Below are positions 13,341 through 26,469 of a stretch of DNA of 64,000 nt, piece by piece. Within the stretch, counting starts at the first letter, position 1. Every line of letters starts with the position of its first letter. The position numbers were made by a program, and so were the translations under genes. This stretch comes from Lama glama (taxonomy: Eukaryota): positions 55,926,001 through 55,990,000 of the forward strand of contig CM052817.1 in NCBI GenBank assembly GCA_028534125.1. The letters are read 5' to 3'. Under the pieces are notes generated by a model. It ran no database searches. It was not told where the DNA came from and saw only the letters and a program-made list of their open reading frames with translations.

Positions 13341-14888
13341 TTAAAGGAATAGTAGGTAGTAACTGCATGTTTGTTGATTTGATAAATTCTAAATAGTTTA
13401 AACACTTGTTTATTAGGGAAATTTTAAAAGAATAAAGAAATAATGTATTTTAGTGTTCTAATCATCACTTTTTAATATATTTTCTTAATTAAGTGATCTA
13501 ATGAGATTAAAAGGCAAAAAGTATAAATTTTGTTTTGTCAGAAAATATTCATTTTTAAAGTAACTATTTATTGACGGGAACTTTAAGTTACAAATTTCCT
13601 GAGAAATCTAAAGTCATGTAAACATTAAAAGAGGGTAAAGATAAAACTTGGTGTGCTTGGTGAGTTTCAGTCTGTTTCTGTTATGCTTAGGGTTTTATTA
13701 AAATTACCTTTTCCAACCTCAAATGTATTCTTTGGATGATACATAATGTTGTTACTCTTTTTTAGCTTCTAAAATTTTATGATGATTTTTATCCTACTCC
13801 ATTACCTTCATCTATTCACTCCTTGGCTTCCTCTTCTCTTCTGAGCTCCCCAGAGGTCACCAATTCTTTTACTTGCTTCATTCTACCTACTTTAAACATG
13901 TTTGTCTTGGCTGATGATTTTGAGAGAGCCTCTTAATTTCATTTCTCTGCAATTTGCTGCTCTACATCGTAATTCAGGGTTCTAATGTTGGGGAAATTTA
14001 AGATAATATCAAATCATGAATAAAAAGTATATCCATTCTACGTATTTGAGCTATAAATTCTGAGACACTCCAATGTATTAACACATAAAAATTTCGTGAT
14101 AGAGCAATCCACATTTGTATGATGTTTTTGGTTTACAGCACACTTTCATATAAATCATGTCACCATGTTCCTTTATATGAAAAACATTTATTTCCTACAA
14201 CCACTCTGTCAAGATGATCAAATAAGTGTGTGTCTCTCTGCCCAACGCTGAAGATACATTCTTGGCAAGTGCTATCCACTCAAAAGCAGCATTTCAAGCT
14301 TCCCCTTAGGAACTTGGCCTTACTGCAAATATCTAAAACTGATTTCAAGTTCTTCTTAGCTTCTGAACACTTCAATAATTCATCTTCGTTTTCATTGGCC
14401 ACTGCCCTTTGTTTGACCCTACATAAAATAACTATATTCTTTATTTTCTTCCTGCTGAAAAAGCAACTCAAAAGACAAACATCAAAGTCTTTACAACGTG
14501 TTTGTTATCCCTACTGTTGTATGAGATAATATTACCTGTTCCTCCATCGCCCCAAGGAAGTGTGTTTAGGCACATCGACATAGCAGTGTCTAGTTACATT
14601 TTAATTCACAATCTGAATTAATACTACTTATAAGAAAATAGTCTAGGTTTTCTTAGTAGCATCTGATATATTTTAAGGTAGCCTATTATTCAATAGATAA
14701 TATATTAAAAGTAATGAGGTATTTTATAAATTTCTATACAAAATCTTAAAGCAGAATCTCCAAGTTAAAATCTTGATGCTGGTAGTAAAACATGTCATTC
14801 TAAATAGTTCAGTCCATTCTTAACTTTTGCCCCAAATCAACTTTCTCTATGTCATATTGGGATTTTGACCTGAAACACCCAACTTCAT

Positions 14889-15200
14889 TGTGATAGTCAG
14901 AGTTATTCACCAACATTTCTGGCTCTCCACTTTGTAGGCACACAATAGGATCTCTAAAGGTTACAAGCGGTCAGTGAAATGTGAGCTTCCAGCTGGAGTT
15001 TTTTAAAGTTTGTGGTGCACAATTCTCACAGTCCCTTCCTTTATGTGCCAAGAGTAAAGGCTCAGTCAGCCTGAGTCCCTGTGTAAGGACACTGATGGAT
15101 ATGTATCATGAAAGAAAAATAAACATTTGTTGTTCTAAGACACCAATATTTTGGAATTGTTTTTTACAGTTCCATAAGCTAATTTATCTTGACCGACCTT
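14889..15200 (+). mobile_element. MLT1J-like MaLR LTR
   Basis: TGTGATAGTCAGAG...CACCAACATTTCTGGCTCTCC...CAGCCTGAGTCCC...GAAAAATAAACATTTGTTGTTCTAAG. Confidence 0.75.
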
Positions 15201-15236
15201 ATGAAATGAAAATGAATCAAGCATTGCAAAGGAGGG

Positions 15237-15709
15237 TGTAGTAAGCTGACTAACAGACCCAGAACCTGTAAGTGTTATGAGGGAGAAACATCTTCTCTAA
15301 TGTAATTAAATTAATGCTATTGAGAGAGACTATTATCCTGGATTATCCAGGTGGGCTCTAAATGCAATCACAAGTAGTCTTATAAAGGAAGACTGTGACT
15401 TTACACAGACATACAGAGAAGCAATCAGTAGGAAAGTGGAACAAAGAAATATTTGAAGATACTGACTTTGAAGATTGGAGCAATGTGCCCACAATCCAAG
15501 GAATCCCAGCAAACAACAGAATACAATAAAGGCAAGGAATGGATTCCCCCTAGAGCCTCTGGGAGTATGACTCTGTTGACACTTTGATTTTAGCTCAAGT
15601 GTTATTGATTCAGGATTTCTGGACTCCAGAAATGTAAAAGAATAGTTTTGTTATTTTAAGCCATCAAGTTTGTGATAATTTGTTATAGCAGTTTTAGGAA
15701 ACTAATGCA
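15237..15709 (+). mobile_element. MLT1C/D-type solo LTR with a 5-bp TSD
   Basis: TGTAG...ATTATCCTGGATTATCCAGGTGGGC...GGAAACTAATGCA. Perfect TSD GAGGG at 15232-15236 and 15710-15714. Confidence 0.92.
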
Positions 15710-16319
15710 GAGGGCATATATTTCATAAGCCAAGGATACTTGGATTTATTTATTCATTCATCCATTCATTCATTTAAATTATTTTCCAGGATTAATTACT
15801 AACCTCATGTAAAGTTTATTAATATTGAATAATTTAATGGCCCCAAATCCCACAAAACAAACTGAACTTTTTTGCTTTGTTTTCCATTTAGAGCAAACAT
15901 ATGTTACAAAATACAATATATGTTCACATGTAATATTTCCTCTTAGAGCTGTTTTCAATACTGGCAGACATAATATACTACAGGTAGCACTTTAAAAAAA
16001 TTATATCTCCCTGTAAAGTCCTTTGGTAAACATGATTTCAACATAAAATATTTAAGCTTTCTTAAAATATTTAGTTCAGCTTCCTCCTAGAGTAAGTGTT
16101 CAGACATGTATGTTTCACTATCCATTGTTAAATGTGTCTATCTGCCACCAATAGCCAGTGGGTTTATGCTATTCAGGATGTCAAAGAAAGAATCTGCCCA
16201 TGAGGAAGAAGGTCTTATGTATATGTTGGGAAAAGAGGCCTTTTGCTTTAAACTACCCAAGTCACTCAAATGTCATAGCCACAGGGTTAAATCATTAGTG
16301 ATGATGGCCATATAAAAGG

Positions 16320-16420
16320 CATGAGGGTCATGGGCCAGTCTATCAGTTTCACCACTGCATCATTAAAGTCTGGAAGATGGCATGACACTCAGTAGATACT
16401 TAGTAAATACTTATTAAATT
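16320..16420 (+). mobile_element. L2 3' end fragment
   Basis: CATGAGGG...CACCACTGCATC...CATGACACTCAGTAGATACTTAGTAAATACTT. Confidence 0.55.
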
Positions 16421-16500
16421 ATTTTTTAAAAACAAGGTGGAAATTATAAAGCATAATATTCACCTCTGGATGTTTAGCTTCCTATTGAGGAAATACTCTT

Positions 16501-16700
16501 TGTGATGGTTAATTTCATATGCTAACTTAGAAGGCATTTTTGGATGAGATTAACATTTAAATGGTGAACTCTGTGTAAAGCAGACTGCCCACCATAAGGT
16601 GAGTGGGCCTCACCCAACTGAGTGAAAGCCTGACTATAACAAAAAGACAAGCCTCCTCTGAGCAAGAGACTTTCCACCAGACTGCCTTCAGATTTCTCTT
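16501..16700 (+). mobile_element. MLT2 (ERVL) LTR, 5' part
   Basis: TGTGATGGTTAATTTCATATG...TGGATGAGATTAACATTTAAATGGTGAACTCTG...AAAGCAGACTGCCC. Confidence 0.85.
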
Positions 16701-16884
16701 CTGACTCTTTTCCTCATTTACATCATATTTTTCTTTTTAAATATTCAGGAACACCACTGTGATGTTTCTGGATAATATCCATATGTCTTTACTCTCATAC
16801 TTTAGTTTTCTTTGCTTGTTTGTTTGTTTATTACTTTCCTCTTGACACTCAAATTTGCCTTTCCTAATGTAGTTGGACTTGTAC

Positions 16885-17100
16885 TGTGAAAAAAGTAAAA
16901 GACTTACATGGGGGCAAGAATACCAGTTTTCTAGTCCAATTTCACTATTCATTAGTGCTTTGTCTTAGGTCTCAATTTCCCCATCTGTTATATATAGCAC
17001 TTGCCCTCTATATTTCCCAGGACTGACAGTATAACTAAATAAGAAGATATATGCTAACAGATTTATAAATACCTTTATAAATCATGGGAAGTAATTTTAC
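16885..17100 (+). mobile_element. Degenerate MIR SINE
   Basis: GTCTCAATTTCCCCATCTGT core. Confidence 0.55.
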
Positions 17101-17500
17101 TACTTCAGGGCTTGGTTTTGCTGTACCATCAAAAATTGGTTCTAATATATTAACTAGTTAATAACTCATTTCTACAAATTCTGATAATGCCTGAACCAAT
17201 TACTTACACATACACACACACACACACACACGCATATTAAAATCAAAATAAAATGATTAAACAGGGGTATTAATTTTGTTCAGGTAGAACATTAAGGGCC
17301 CTTTAAATTGCATGATACACATTTCCTGTTTTCTCCACTCATGATTCACTGCTTTTTTCCTCTTCCTCTTTATACATCTGTTTTCTCCATCTTCAAAGTT
17401 TTATTTTGTATTGTGCATTCTCCTTTCACTTCATTTACTGCACACACACAAACACATATATCTGAATTTATCTTTGGTACTAGCTTTTCCCTTTCCATAT

Positions 17501-17510
17501 TTATATATAT

Positions 17511-17543
<33 letters not shown>

Positions 17544-17612
17544 AAATATATATATATATAAAAAAAATATAAATATATATAAATATATATATATATATAT
17601 AAATATATATAT
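17501..17612. repeat. Interrupted (TA)n / A-rich tract of about 110 bp
   Basis: Composed only of A and T. Confidence 0.95.
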
Positions 17613-18224
17613 TTAATGGCATGAAGGGAAAGCACTTTAAAAGCAATTGTTACGTCTGTGGGTTTGTATTTCCTTCATCAGTCTTAAAGCCAGGTTCCAC
17701 TGAAGTATCTATAGTGCTTGTCCCTTTCTTTCAAATTTTATTGACATCTGGCAGATGAGAACACTACAGTAATTTCACAGAAAGGCTGCCAAATATGACA
17801 CGTGAAAAAGTACAAAGCATATATCCTTTCTGGCTACAAAAAGCCTAAGGCCTAATGACATTCCTAAATGCCTGGAGAATGCAAGAGACAACATGACTGT
17901 CAATAGTGGTGTTGGCAGGTGTTAGATGAAATGGACTGAAGATGTCAAGGGGAGAAATATCCCTCCTGGGCAGGGCACTGTTCTGCTTATACACAGAAAC
18001 ACACCAGCTATTTCATATAGCATTTACTACTGCAATGCTTAGCCTATATAATTTCAATAATACAAAGAAATCATGGAAATGCCTTTCCCCCACTGACTAA
18101 AACAACAGATGAATGTAACATCCGTACCTTGCAATTTATTTTTATAAAAGTAAAATACTACTTTTACTTAGTGAGTGATATTTTGTCCTTCTTTTCCCTG
18201 TAGCCTGATTTCTATTCCTTCCTG

Positions 18225-18744
18225 AGTGATAGGAAGAATAATATCTCCTTTCTCTCAAAGATGTCCATGTCCTAATTCCTGGAACCTGAAAATATTTTGC
18301 CTTAATGTCAATAAGGACCGTGCAGATGTAACTAAGCTTAAGGACCTTGAGATGGGGGGATTACCCTGTACTATTTGCATGGGCCCTATCTAAGCACATA
18401 AATTCTTAAAAGGGAAGGACCTTTTCTGGCAATGTTGAGAAGTTGTGACTACGACAGAATTGTAAGAGGGATGTAGCTTTGCTGGCTTTGAAAATGGAAG
18501 AAGAAGGTTACAGGTCAAGGGATATGGAAACCTCTAGAAACAGGAAAAGGTTTAAAAAAAAAAAAAAAAAGGACACAGCCCTAGAGCTTCCAGAGAGGAA
18601 TGCAGACTTGCCAAGACCTTGATTTTAGCCCACTGACATCAGTATTGGACTTCTAACCACAGAACTATAGGAAAATAAATGTGTGTTGTTTTATACCACT
18701 GAGTTTGTAGTAATCTGTTACAGTAGCAGTAGAAAATTAACACA
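18225..18744 (+). mobile_element. MLT1D-like MaLR LTR (copy 2) with an internal poly-A run
   Basis: AAAGATGTCCATGTCCTAATTCCTGGAACCTG...GGACCTTGAGATGGGG...GTAGAAAATTAACACA. Confidence 0.92.
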
Positions 18745-18917
18745 CTAGAGACAAGAAGATCTGTGGTACAAGCGTGCAGATATATGTATGAGAGTGGTGC
18801 AGAGTAGGAAAAATTTTGTAGTGCATGTTAAATCCTATTAGAAAGCATACCCCACAACGAAGCACCAAAAAACCACATAGATAAAATGACTTGGCCAAGT
18901 GATGTTAGCCAACCTTT
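18745..18917 (+). mobile_element. ERVL internal fragment (end of RNase H), paralogous to 11833-11965
   Basis: GTAGTGCATGTTAAATCCTATTAGAAAGCATACC...ATAGATAAAATGACTTGGCCAAGTGATGTTAGCCAACC (cf. ERVL NNQVDKMT..VDVSQP). Confidence 0.65.
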
Positions 18918-19659
18918 ACGGTCTCTTGTTTTCACCTTTATTTTTCCTGTCCTCACCATCATCAATATCTATTATTTACTGAATCCATCTCTTCTTCAGT
19001 TATGCACTAATTTCCGTAATGTAAAAAAAAAAAAGGCCTTCTCTTTTCAACACTACTAACTTCCTTTCTTCTTATGGTATTTTATTTTTCATAATAAAGA
19101 CTCACTAATAAATTAGTTGTTGACTGTGGTTGTGGGATCTGAATACTATTACTGGATATTTGAAATTTTTCATAGGAATTCCTGATTGGGAGATGGTAAT
19201 GGTTTTAATGGGAGAAGACTATTTCTTTGTGAAGTCTCAAGTGGGACTGATTCAGCATAATTTTGTGTTAGATTGATTCCCAGTATTTTTCCCTCCAGGC
19301 ATTATTTTCCCCTTTCCCATGGATCTGGGGGTTAGTGCCTCTAATTCATAAGTCTGAAGACTTCTCTTTTCTCTTAGAGCCTATGGCTTTATGATCGCTT
19401 CCATTCATCAATTATCTTCTGGTTTTGTTGTGTTTAGTTTTATTCTAACCTCCTTTTCTCATTCACTAAATACTCTCAATGAGCCATGTCAGATTTTGAT
19501 TAATGTTTCTACACGCTTGCTTTACTGTAATAAAAAATTTCATGTACTTCAAATATTGCTAGTTTATTTTAGAGATTAAAATTTTGTTATTTTTATAGGT
19601 CATTATTTTGAAATAGGTCATATTTTATGTACATACTTTTTCAACCACTAAGGAAAATA

Positions 19660-19975
19660 TAGAGTGGTAAGAGATCACACGTGAAGACACACTTAAGAAT
19701 TTAGGATTTCATCCTAAGAATATAGGAAGCTATCAAAGGGTTTTGAGTAGTGGAATTTCACAATAAAATGTACATTTTGCTAAAATTCACTTTGTTTTTA
19801 TGAAATACAGTGGAATGTTTTAATAAGCAAAGAGAGGTCCACTGTGTAGAATTCTCCTAAGGAATCACATAGGATGACTAAAATTAAGTCTAACAGAGTT
19901 CATTAGTAACTTTAAAAAGAATTCTGCAAGCAGATAATAATTTGAAACCAGATAAGAAGGAAATAAGAGGTGAGG
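19660..19975 (-). mobile_element. L2 fragment
   Basis: AAGAATTTAGGATTTCATCCTAAGAATATAGGAAGCTATCAAAGGGTTTTGAGTAG. Confidence 0.65.
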
Positions 19976-19977
19976 GA

Positions 19978-20456
19978 AAAAGTGAACAAAACTCCAACTT
20001 GAATATTAAAAACTGAGGTTCACAACCCCTCAGTCAATTCCCAAACTTGAACCAGTTAATAGACTCAGAATCCCTTAAAAGAAGAGGGGATGGAGTTCCC
20101 TTGAGGAAGGACCCCATTACACTGCCAAAAATGTATATTGTTAATCTTTCTTGATGCCTTCTCCAAAGGGACAAACATCATTTAATCAGAGTGACTGTGT
20201 ATTGGGGAAAAGAAAATAATCAGAGCTTTTGATAATTGCTGAACATTGGCTCTGAATTAGCACTAATTCCAGGAGACCCAAAACTCATGGTTATCAACCC
20301 GACATATGGAGATCAAGTGATCAATGAGGCTTCAGCTCAGATCCATCTCATAGTTGGTCCAGTGGGTCCCTGAACCTATCATGCAGTTGTTTTCCCAGTT
20401 ACAGAATGCATAACTGGAATACACATACTCAGCAACTGGTAGAATCTCACATTGGA
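19978..20456 (+). mobile_element. ERVL internal fragment (gag end and protease, pseudogenised)
   Basis: From 20191 it translates VTVYWGKENNQSF**LLNIGSELALIPGDPK (cf. ERVL VTVHWGKGNNQTFRGLLDTGSELTLIPGDPK). In-frame stops are present and the catalytic DTG is lost. Confidence 0.9.
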
Positions 20457-20469
20457 GATTCTGCTCTTT

Positions 20470-20770
20470 ACCTCTGCACCATTTAGACTTCAGCTGAAAT
20501 TTCAGTTATGAAAGACATTATTCCTGACCCTCCCTACCAGGTTAGAGCTCCTTATAATGTAATCCTACATAACCCTATAGCACCATCAGTTTCTTCTTTA
20601 TGCCATTCGGTTACTCATAACTTTAAAATTATTTGCTATTTTTAAGCATGTCTTATCTGCTACACTGTAAACTCCAAGGGAGCTGTCTATTTTATTCATG
20701 CCTACACTCTGCACAGTATGTTTCAATAGGGAGGATATTTAATCAGTGTTTATCAACTGGATGCTGGATG
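20470..20770 (+). mobile_element. L2 3' end
   Basis: TTCCTGACCCTCC...CTACACTGTAAACTCCAAGGGAG. Confidence 0.65.
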
Positions 20771-22572
20771 TCAGGATATATCATTTTAATCATTTCATTT
20801 GATCTGCAGCCACATATATAGATGCATATGTGTGTATGTATATATATTCCAAGCTTCCTGCTTACTGCTTATCATGAAGGCTTCTATCATTTCCTCAATT
20901 TGCTCTTAAGAATGATCATTCACTGTTCTTTGTCTCCACCTTACTTCTGTGCTTCTGTTTGTAGTGGGAAGATAGTTCTTCTCTAAGTCAAATTTGGACT
21001 TTTCTATTTTCTCATAGATACCTAATAGAGTTAAGGCTGAAGAACTTGCCTGACTAGATCTTAGAGGCTGGGAAAGAGGAAAACAACTGGGAAAATAGAC
21101 ACATTCCATACGAACAGTCCACTTCCAGATAAACAGAAGATTCCTCAGGATTAGGAGTCTTCTACAAAACAGGCTCCAACACTTTGAATCTACTTCTTTC
21201 TTCTACGGCGAGAATTTTTTATTTGTTTGCTTTAGCTTTTCTAATTATGCCCAAATTACTTTTAACTCTAAATTATTTCTTATTTATCTTATATTTCATC
21301 TCATCTCCTCCTATCATAGTTTTTGTACTTGGGTGGAGCATCACCCCGCTAACTCACTTTGATACTACCTTGCTATTGTATCTTTCTCTCCTAATCTACT
21401 GTGTGATGAATCCTGTGAAGTACCATGTGGAAAAATACATTACACCATTATACCATACTCCTTCTAGGAGAGAGTTTTTTTCTTTGCTTCTGCTTTTTTA
21501 ATAATGAAGCAAACTGAAACATCTTACAAAGAAGAGATTCTTTTAGTTATAGCATGCATTGTGATTCAATAGCAAATAATTGAGTATATTAACAATGTAA
21601 ATTTAAAGCAATTCAAATAATTCTTCTCATTGTGGTACATGGCATTAAAACCAAACCTCTGAATTCAGTTACAACAGGTAATTTGTATATATTATCTATA
21701 TTTCTATTTGCAGAATACATTATTATATAAAGAGCTTCAGATTTAGTTACATTAACTAAGCTGAGCTATCAGCATACTTGGCAAATTTCATTTGCTCCTG
21801 TTCTCACTACATTCAAATGATGGTGGATAATTGTGTTCCCATTGTTTAGAAAAAAATCTCTGAACACACTGATAAATTATTTCATTTCAAGAAAAGTAGT
21901 AATGAATGGATGGACCAACATATACATTTAAGTTATTGTAAACCGTATGGCAACTTCTGAAGATTGTAATGAATTGGTCAAATTGCTCTATAACCGTAAG
22001 CACCCTTTTTCTTATACTCAAATTTAAGTATAACATCATAACTACAATTATCCTTGAAGTTTAGCACTTCTAATTACAGGATTTACAGATGAAATACATA
22101 TTATTTAACTGGGAATACTCATCTTTTATTACTTAAGTAGTATAGACAATAGGTTACATACATTAACTTGTAAATGGCAGAATTTAATCTGGAGCTTATT
22201 TCTGAAAGGAATTTTTCCTTATTAGCTAAGGTATACTGATGTATTATAAATGGCACTGTAGCCTTCATTATAAAAACACAACTAATACTTTGCGGAATTT
22301 TCATGGAGGTTCAATACTTCTTACATGTCTATAGTATGTACTGAATAGTTGACTTGTTTATCTGATATCCATAACATGTTTCAGCAATTTCATTTCAATA
22401 GGAATCGTGTATTATTCTTCTTATATAAGAAATGTTGTTTACTGTAGAAGAGGAAAAAACAAAATAACAACCAGAAATTAGAGATGAACAGCAACAACTA
22501 AGTCACTTGAAAATTTACAACACAGATTAACAGCCAATATTTTGATTTTTGCCTTTTTTCTAATTCTAGCAC

Positions 22573-23282
22573 TATAATCAAACAGGACTCTATGGTACTT
22601 TCCTGGGACATACCCCTCCCACTATGCTCTCCACTTGCCTCTTGTTTGCAGAAAAGCTGTATTCTCCCAGGCCACCCCGTAGGTCAAAAAAGTCTGGTTC
22701 AAGAATTAATGATTGAAAGGATGTGAACATGTAGTGACAAAAGTAGCATATGGGCCAGGAAGAATGGTAATAAACTTAAACCATAAATCATCCATATGGC
22801 AGTCACAGAATCTTTAGTTCCTCCCTGAAGTACCTAGATAACAGTATCTGATACACACTTTCTGGGTTGTTTTGAAGATTCTAAAACTCCCACCATATGG
22901 AATAAGTTAACTACATAATGACCATATGCATGCAGCCCCTAGACTGGCTGGAGCCTGAGGCTTGATAATGTAAACCCTTGTGATATTGCCCATTTTCCTC
23001 ACCATCAGCTAATTGGAGAATTGTACATGAGCTGTTCATATACCCTGTGACGCTCCTTCCTCATCTGGCCTTTCAAATGCTTCGCTGAAAATCATCAGGG
23101 GGTTCAGGATTTTGGTTGAGCATTAGCAGCCATGGACTCCTTGTCTGACGTCTTACATAAATGCTACACTTTCCTTCACCACAACCCTTTAATTTAAAAG
23201 TATTTAATTTAAAGTAATTTAAAAGTCAGTAGATTCCCTTTACTGCACACAGGTAAGTGGACTCAAGTTTGGTTTGGTAATA
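22573..23282 (+). mobile_element. ERV1-type solo LTR (cetartiodactyl family), about 710 bp
   Basis: Decayed termini TATAATCAAACAGGAC...TTTGGTAATA. ATAAATGCTACACTTTCCTTCACCACAACCC polyA/U5 region. Flanks GCAC / GCAA match 3 of 4 bases as a TSD. Confidence 0.8.
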
Positions 23283-23484
23283 GCAATAATTTATAATGGA
23301 ATACTTGCTTAATATAAAGAGTGTTTATTTTATTTAATATCTCCTCATTAGGAAAAAAGTATATAAAGGAGGTAATGTAATATATCCAATGCAATTACAT
23401 AAAGAAACAAATAAGCAAGCAAAAATATCTTTAGATGAACAAAGTCTAGTGCCTGATAAAAGAAGTATATTGTCTAAGTGAAAT

Positions 23485-23990
23485 ATTCACTTATTATCAC
23501 TATGTTCAGTTTCAAGTAATACCTGGGACACTTGGGAATACTTGGAATACAGTAGTGAACAAAAGACATAAAAATTCATTACTTCCTGGAAATGAACCTT
23601 TAGGAAGGGAGAAAGACATTAATTAAAATTAAACAAAAAATTATGTATCTAATACATAATAAATACTATAAAAAATAAAACAGTATGAAAGAGATCTGAA
23701 TTATATTGTGGTATTGGAGCTAGCTAATAATTTAAACAAGGCATTCGGGTTAGAGCTCATTCAGAAGATAATATTTAAGCAAAAACGTGAAGGAAGTAAG
23801 GAAGTTGGCCAAGCACATATCTAAGGAAATGATGCCTAGTATGAGAGAAAAGTCAATGCAAGCTCCCTAGGGTGGGAGCATGCAGGAGGTCAGGGCAATG
23901 GGAAGTAAGGGAAAGTCAATATAAAATGAGGTCAAAGAGGGAACAATAGATGGTGTAGGGGAATAAATGCAGGTATAATGTTTAAAATAT
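23485..23990 (-). mobile_element. L2a 3' region
   Basis: GGAATACAGTAGTGAACAAAAGAC...ATATTTAAGCAAAAACGTGAAGGAAGTAAGGAAGTTGGCCA. Confidence 0.75.
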
Positions 23991-24903
23991 TTAAAGAACC
24001 AAATTTCACGCAGGGGAAAAGTAAAATAATTCCATGTAGGTTCATTTAGAATATAGAAAAATAAATTTACGTTTCTAAGCCTTAGAACATTTACAGTATA
24101 GACTATATATGGTCGAAGGACAATACTTTCACCTTTGAATATGATCAGGAAGAGGTTCAATAACCATCTTTCAAGATCATTGGGAAATGAGGATCAAGGT
24201 TACCAATGTCCTATGATTTTTTTTTCAGGAAAACCTTTACTCTTAGTGGCTATCAAGACAGTAATAGATTAAGAACTGCATCCAACTCTACCTTTTCTCA
24301 GTAGTATAATAAAAATTACAGAACAAAAACATCAAGCAAGACAAAGTAGGAGAAAATATAAACATTTACATTTTATTTTATAATATAATCCAAATTAGTC
24401 ATGGTGTTCCTCTACTGGGAATATATACATTTTAATTTCCATTTGGTAATAATATCTGATGACATAAACTTGACTTCAGCCAAGTCAGATAAATTGGCAA
24501 CTGAATAGAATGGCTAAAATGTGTTTTTGTGTAATTCTGACTTTTCATTTCTGTTAAAAGTATGAGATACCCCTGAGCCCATTGATTGCTATCAGACTTA
24601 AAATTGGTAGACAGTCAACAAATATTTTATTATTAATATAAAATCTTAATAGCTCTCCAACTCCACTATGCATCAGAATGGCAGGTACTCACTTTTAAGA
24701 ATTCAGATTATCTACTCCCCTCTCAGAGATTCTAATTATATAATTAAAGAAAAAAAATTCCTTATGATTTCAATGAAGACTCTTAATATTAATATATATA
24801 TTTGTTGTTTTTGTTGTTTGTTTATGGTTCATTTGCAATGTCCTTGCAAGTTGTATCTTATGCTATCACTGTTAAATATCAAGTTTAATACCTCTCCATA
24901 TCA

Positions 24904-25042
24904 TTTATTTTATTTTATTTTATTTTTGGGGGGTGTAATTAGGTTTTTATTATTATTTGCATTTAATAGCGGTACTGGGGATCGAACCATGACTTTGTGC
25001 ATGCTAGGCATGTGCTCTACCACTAAGTTATACCCTCCCCCC
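24904..25042 (-). mobile_element. Vic-1-type camelid tRNA-derived SINE
   Basis: Minus strand reads GGGGAGGGTATAACTTAGTGGTAGAGCACATGCCTAGCATGCACAAAGTCATGGTTCGATCCCCAGTACC...AACCTAATTACACCCCCC followed by an A-rich tail. Confidence 0.92.
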
Positions 25043-25283
25043 ATTTTAATTTCTAATCCCTCATTCTGCCTTTTTGAAGATGTATGAAGGGAAAGAAAAG
25101 ACTTCCATACCTCTATAAAGAATTTTATTGCAAATTTAGAGAATTAAGTTAGTCAGAATAGGAAGTTCAAAAGAATGGTTTAGACATAATTTAAAAGGTA
25201 TTCCTGAGAAATCAGAAATAAGTTTCAATTTCAGTGTTTTCTACCTTCTGTGGGTAGTGACACTAAAGATCATCCATATCCTG

Positions 25284-25505
25284 GAGGCAATATGGTACAA
25301 TGGTTGAGAGCATTGCCTAAGTGATCAGAAGGCAAGGATCTAAAATCTGGCCCTGTTACTTATTATGGATGTTTTCCTGGGCAGTTGACTCCTATCTCCC
25401 TCAACTCTGTGGACTAGAGGAAACTCATCTAGTTCCTTAATAGGATTATCAGAAGTAGCAAGTAAGTGCCTGGCATAATGTAAGCATAAAGTATGCTGCT
25501 TATTT
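25284..25505 (+). mobile_element. MIR SINE
   Basis: GGCAATATGGTACAATGGTTGAGAGCA...AGTGCCTGGCATAATGTAAGCA. Confidence 0.75.
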
Positions 25506-26469
25506 TAATACATAAAGTATTTGTTAGTGTCTGTTAGGCCACAAAGGAAAAAAAAAAGACTTCAAAGAATTTCCTGTTTGTGTATCTTAAGTGAATTTTA
25601 TATTAAAGAGAAACTTTGAGTATCTGAAGGCTCTTCCTATTCTCTTCAGCATGTTTATCCTCTTCTCCGATTTTGAAGAGTCTATGCTACACAGAAGCAA
25701 CACGCAGCTTAATCAACACTAGCTTCTCAGAGGGGCTTTCATTCTCCCACATAAATCTGTTTCTTCCGACTGTAACTTACAGGCATTTTATGTGGTTAAA
25801 TACACACATAAATGGTCCACGAGCTTCTCCTCTCTGTCACGCATTTAAAATAGATTCTCCTTAAAATGGGGGAATGGTTTTGTTACACAAGTGGAGATAA
25901 AATGCTACCAAAAAAACATTTTGAGGGTTCAATTGTCTCTATACATCTAGAGGCCAAAGACACTAGGCACTGAGGCCTGAAACTGTTATTTTAAGATTCC
26001 TTCCTAACAGAAGTCCTTGTTCTTTGCAGTTTTCCACTACTAGACTTTAATATAGAGGGTGACAGTTTCCTCACTAAGAAAAGCCAAATTGAAGTCAATT
26101 CTTATCCACCTCATCCCTCCCAAATGCTTGCTGCACACCTTTATTTCAAGTAAGAGAATCCCATTTTTTGATTTAAAAGTTTCCTGCCAAGATGCATGAG
26201 AATAAAAGCAATGTTGTAGGAAGGCTGTCAGCACAGAACGTTGTCATCTATTTAGCTTAAGTATTTCAGCAAGAATTTAAAAGCACACTTTTTCAAATGC
26301 ATAAGTTACAGCAGAGAACTTCCTTTGGTAGATTGTCATACTTTTAAAAAACGCATTTTTTTGTCCAGAATATATTGGATATTGTGGATAGCTTTGTCCT
26401 AAATTTATCATGCCAGTGACCAAGAAAATTATTTTCTTAGATTATTAGCTAGTCATTCCTAATTTAATA

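Noticed and set aside
24668..25087. Longest ORF in the window (139 aa)
   Set aside because: It runs through T-rich low-complexity DNA and an antisense SINE.
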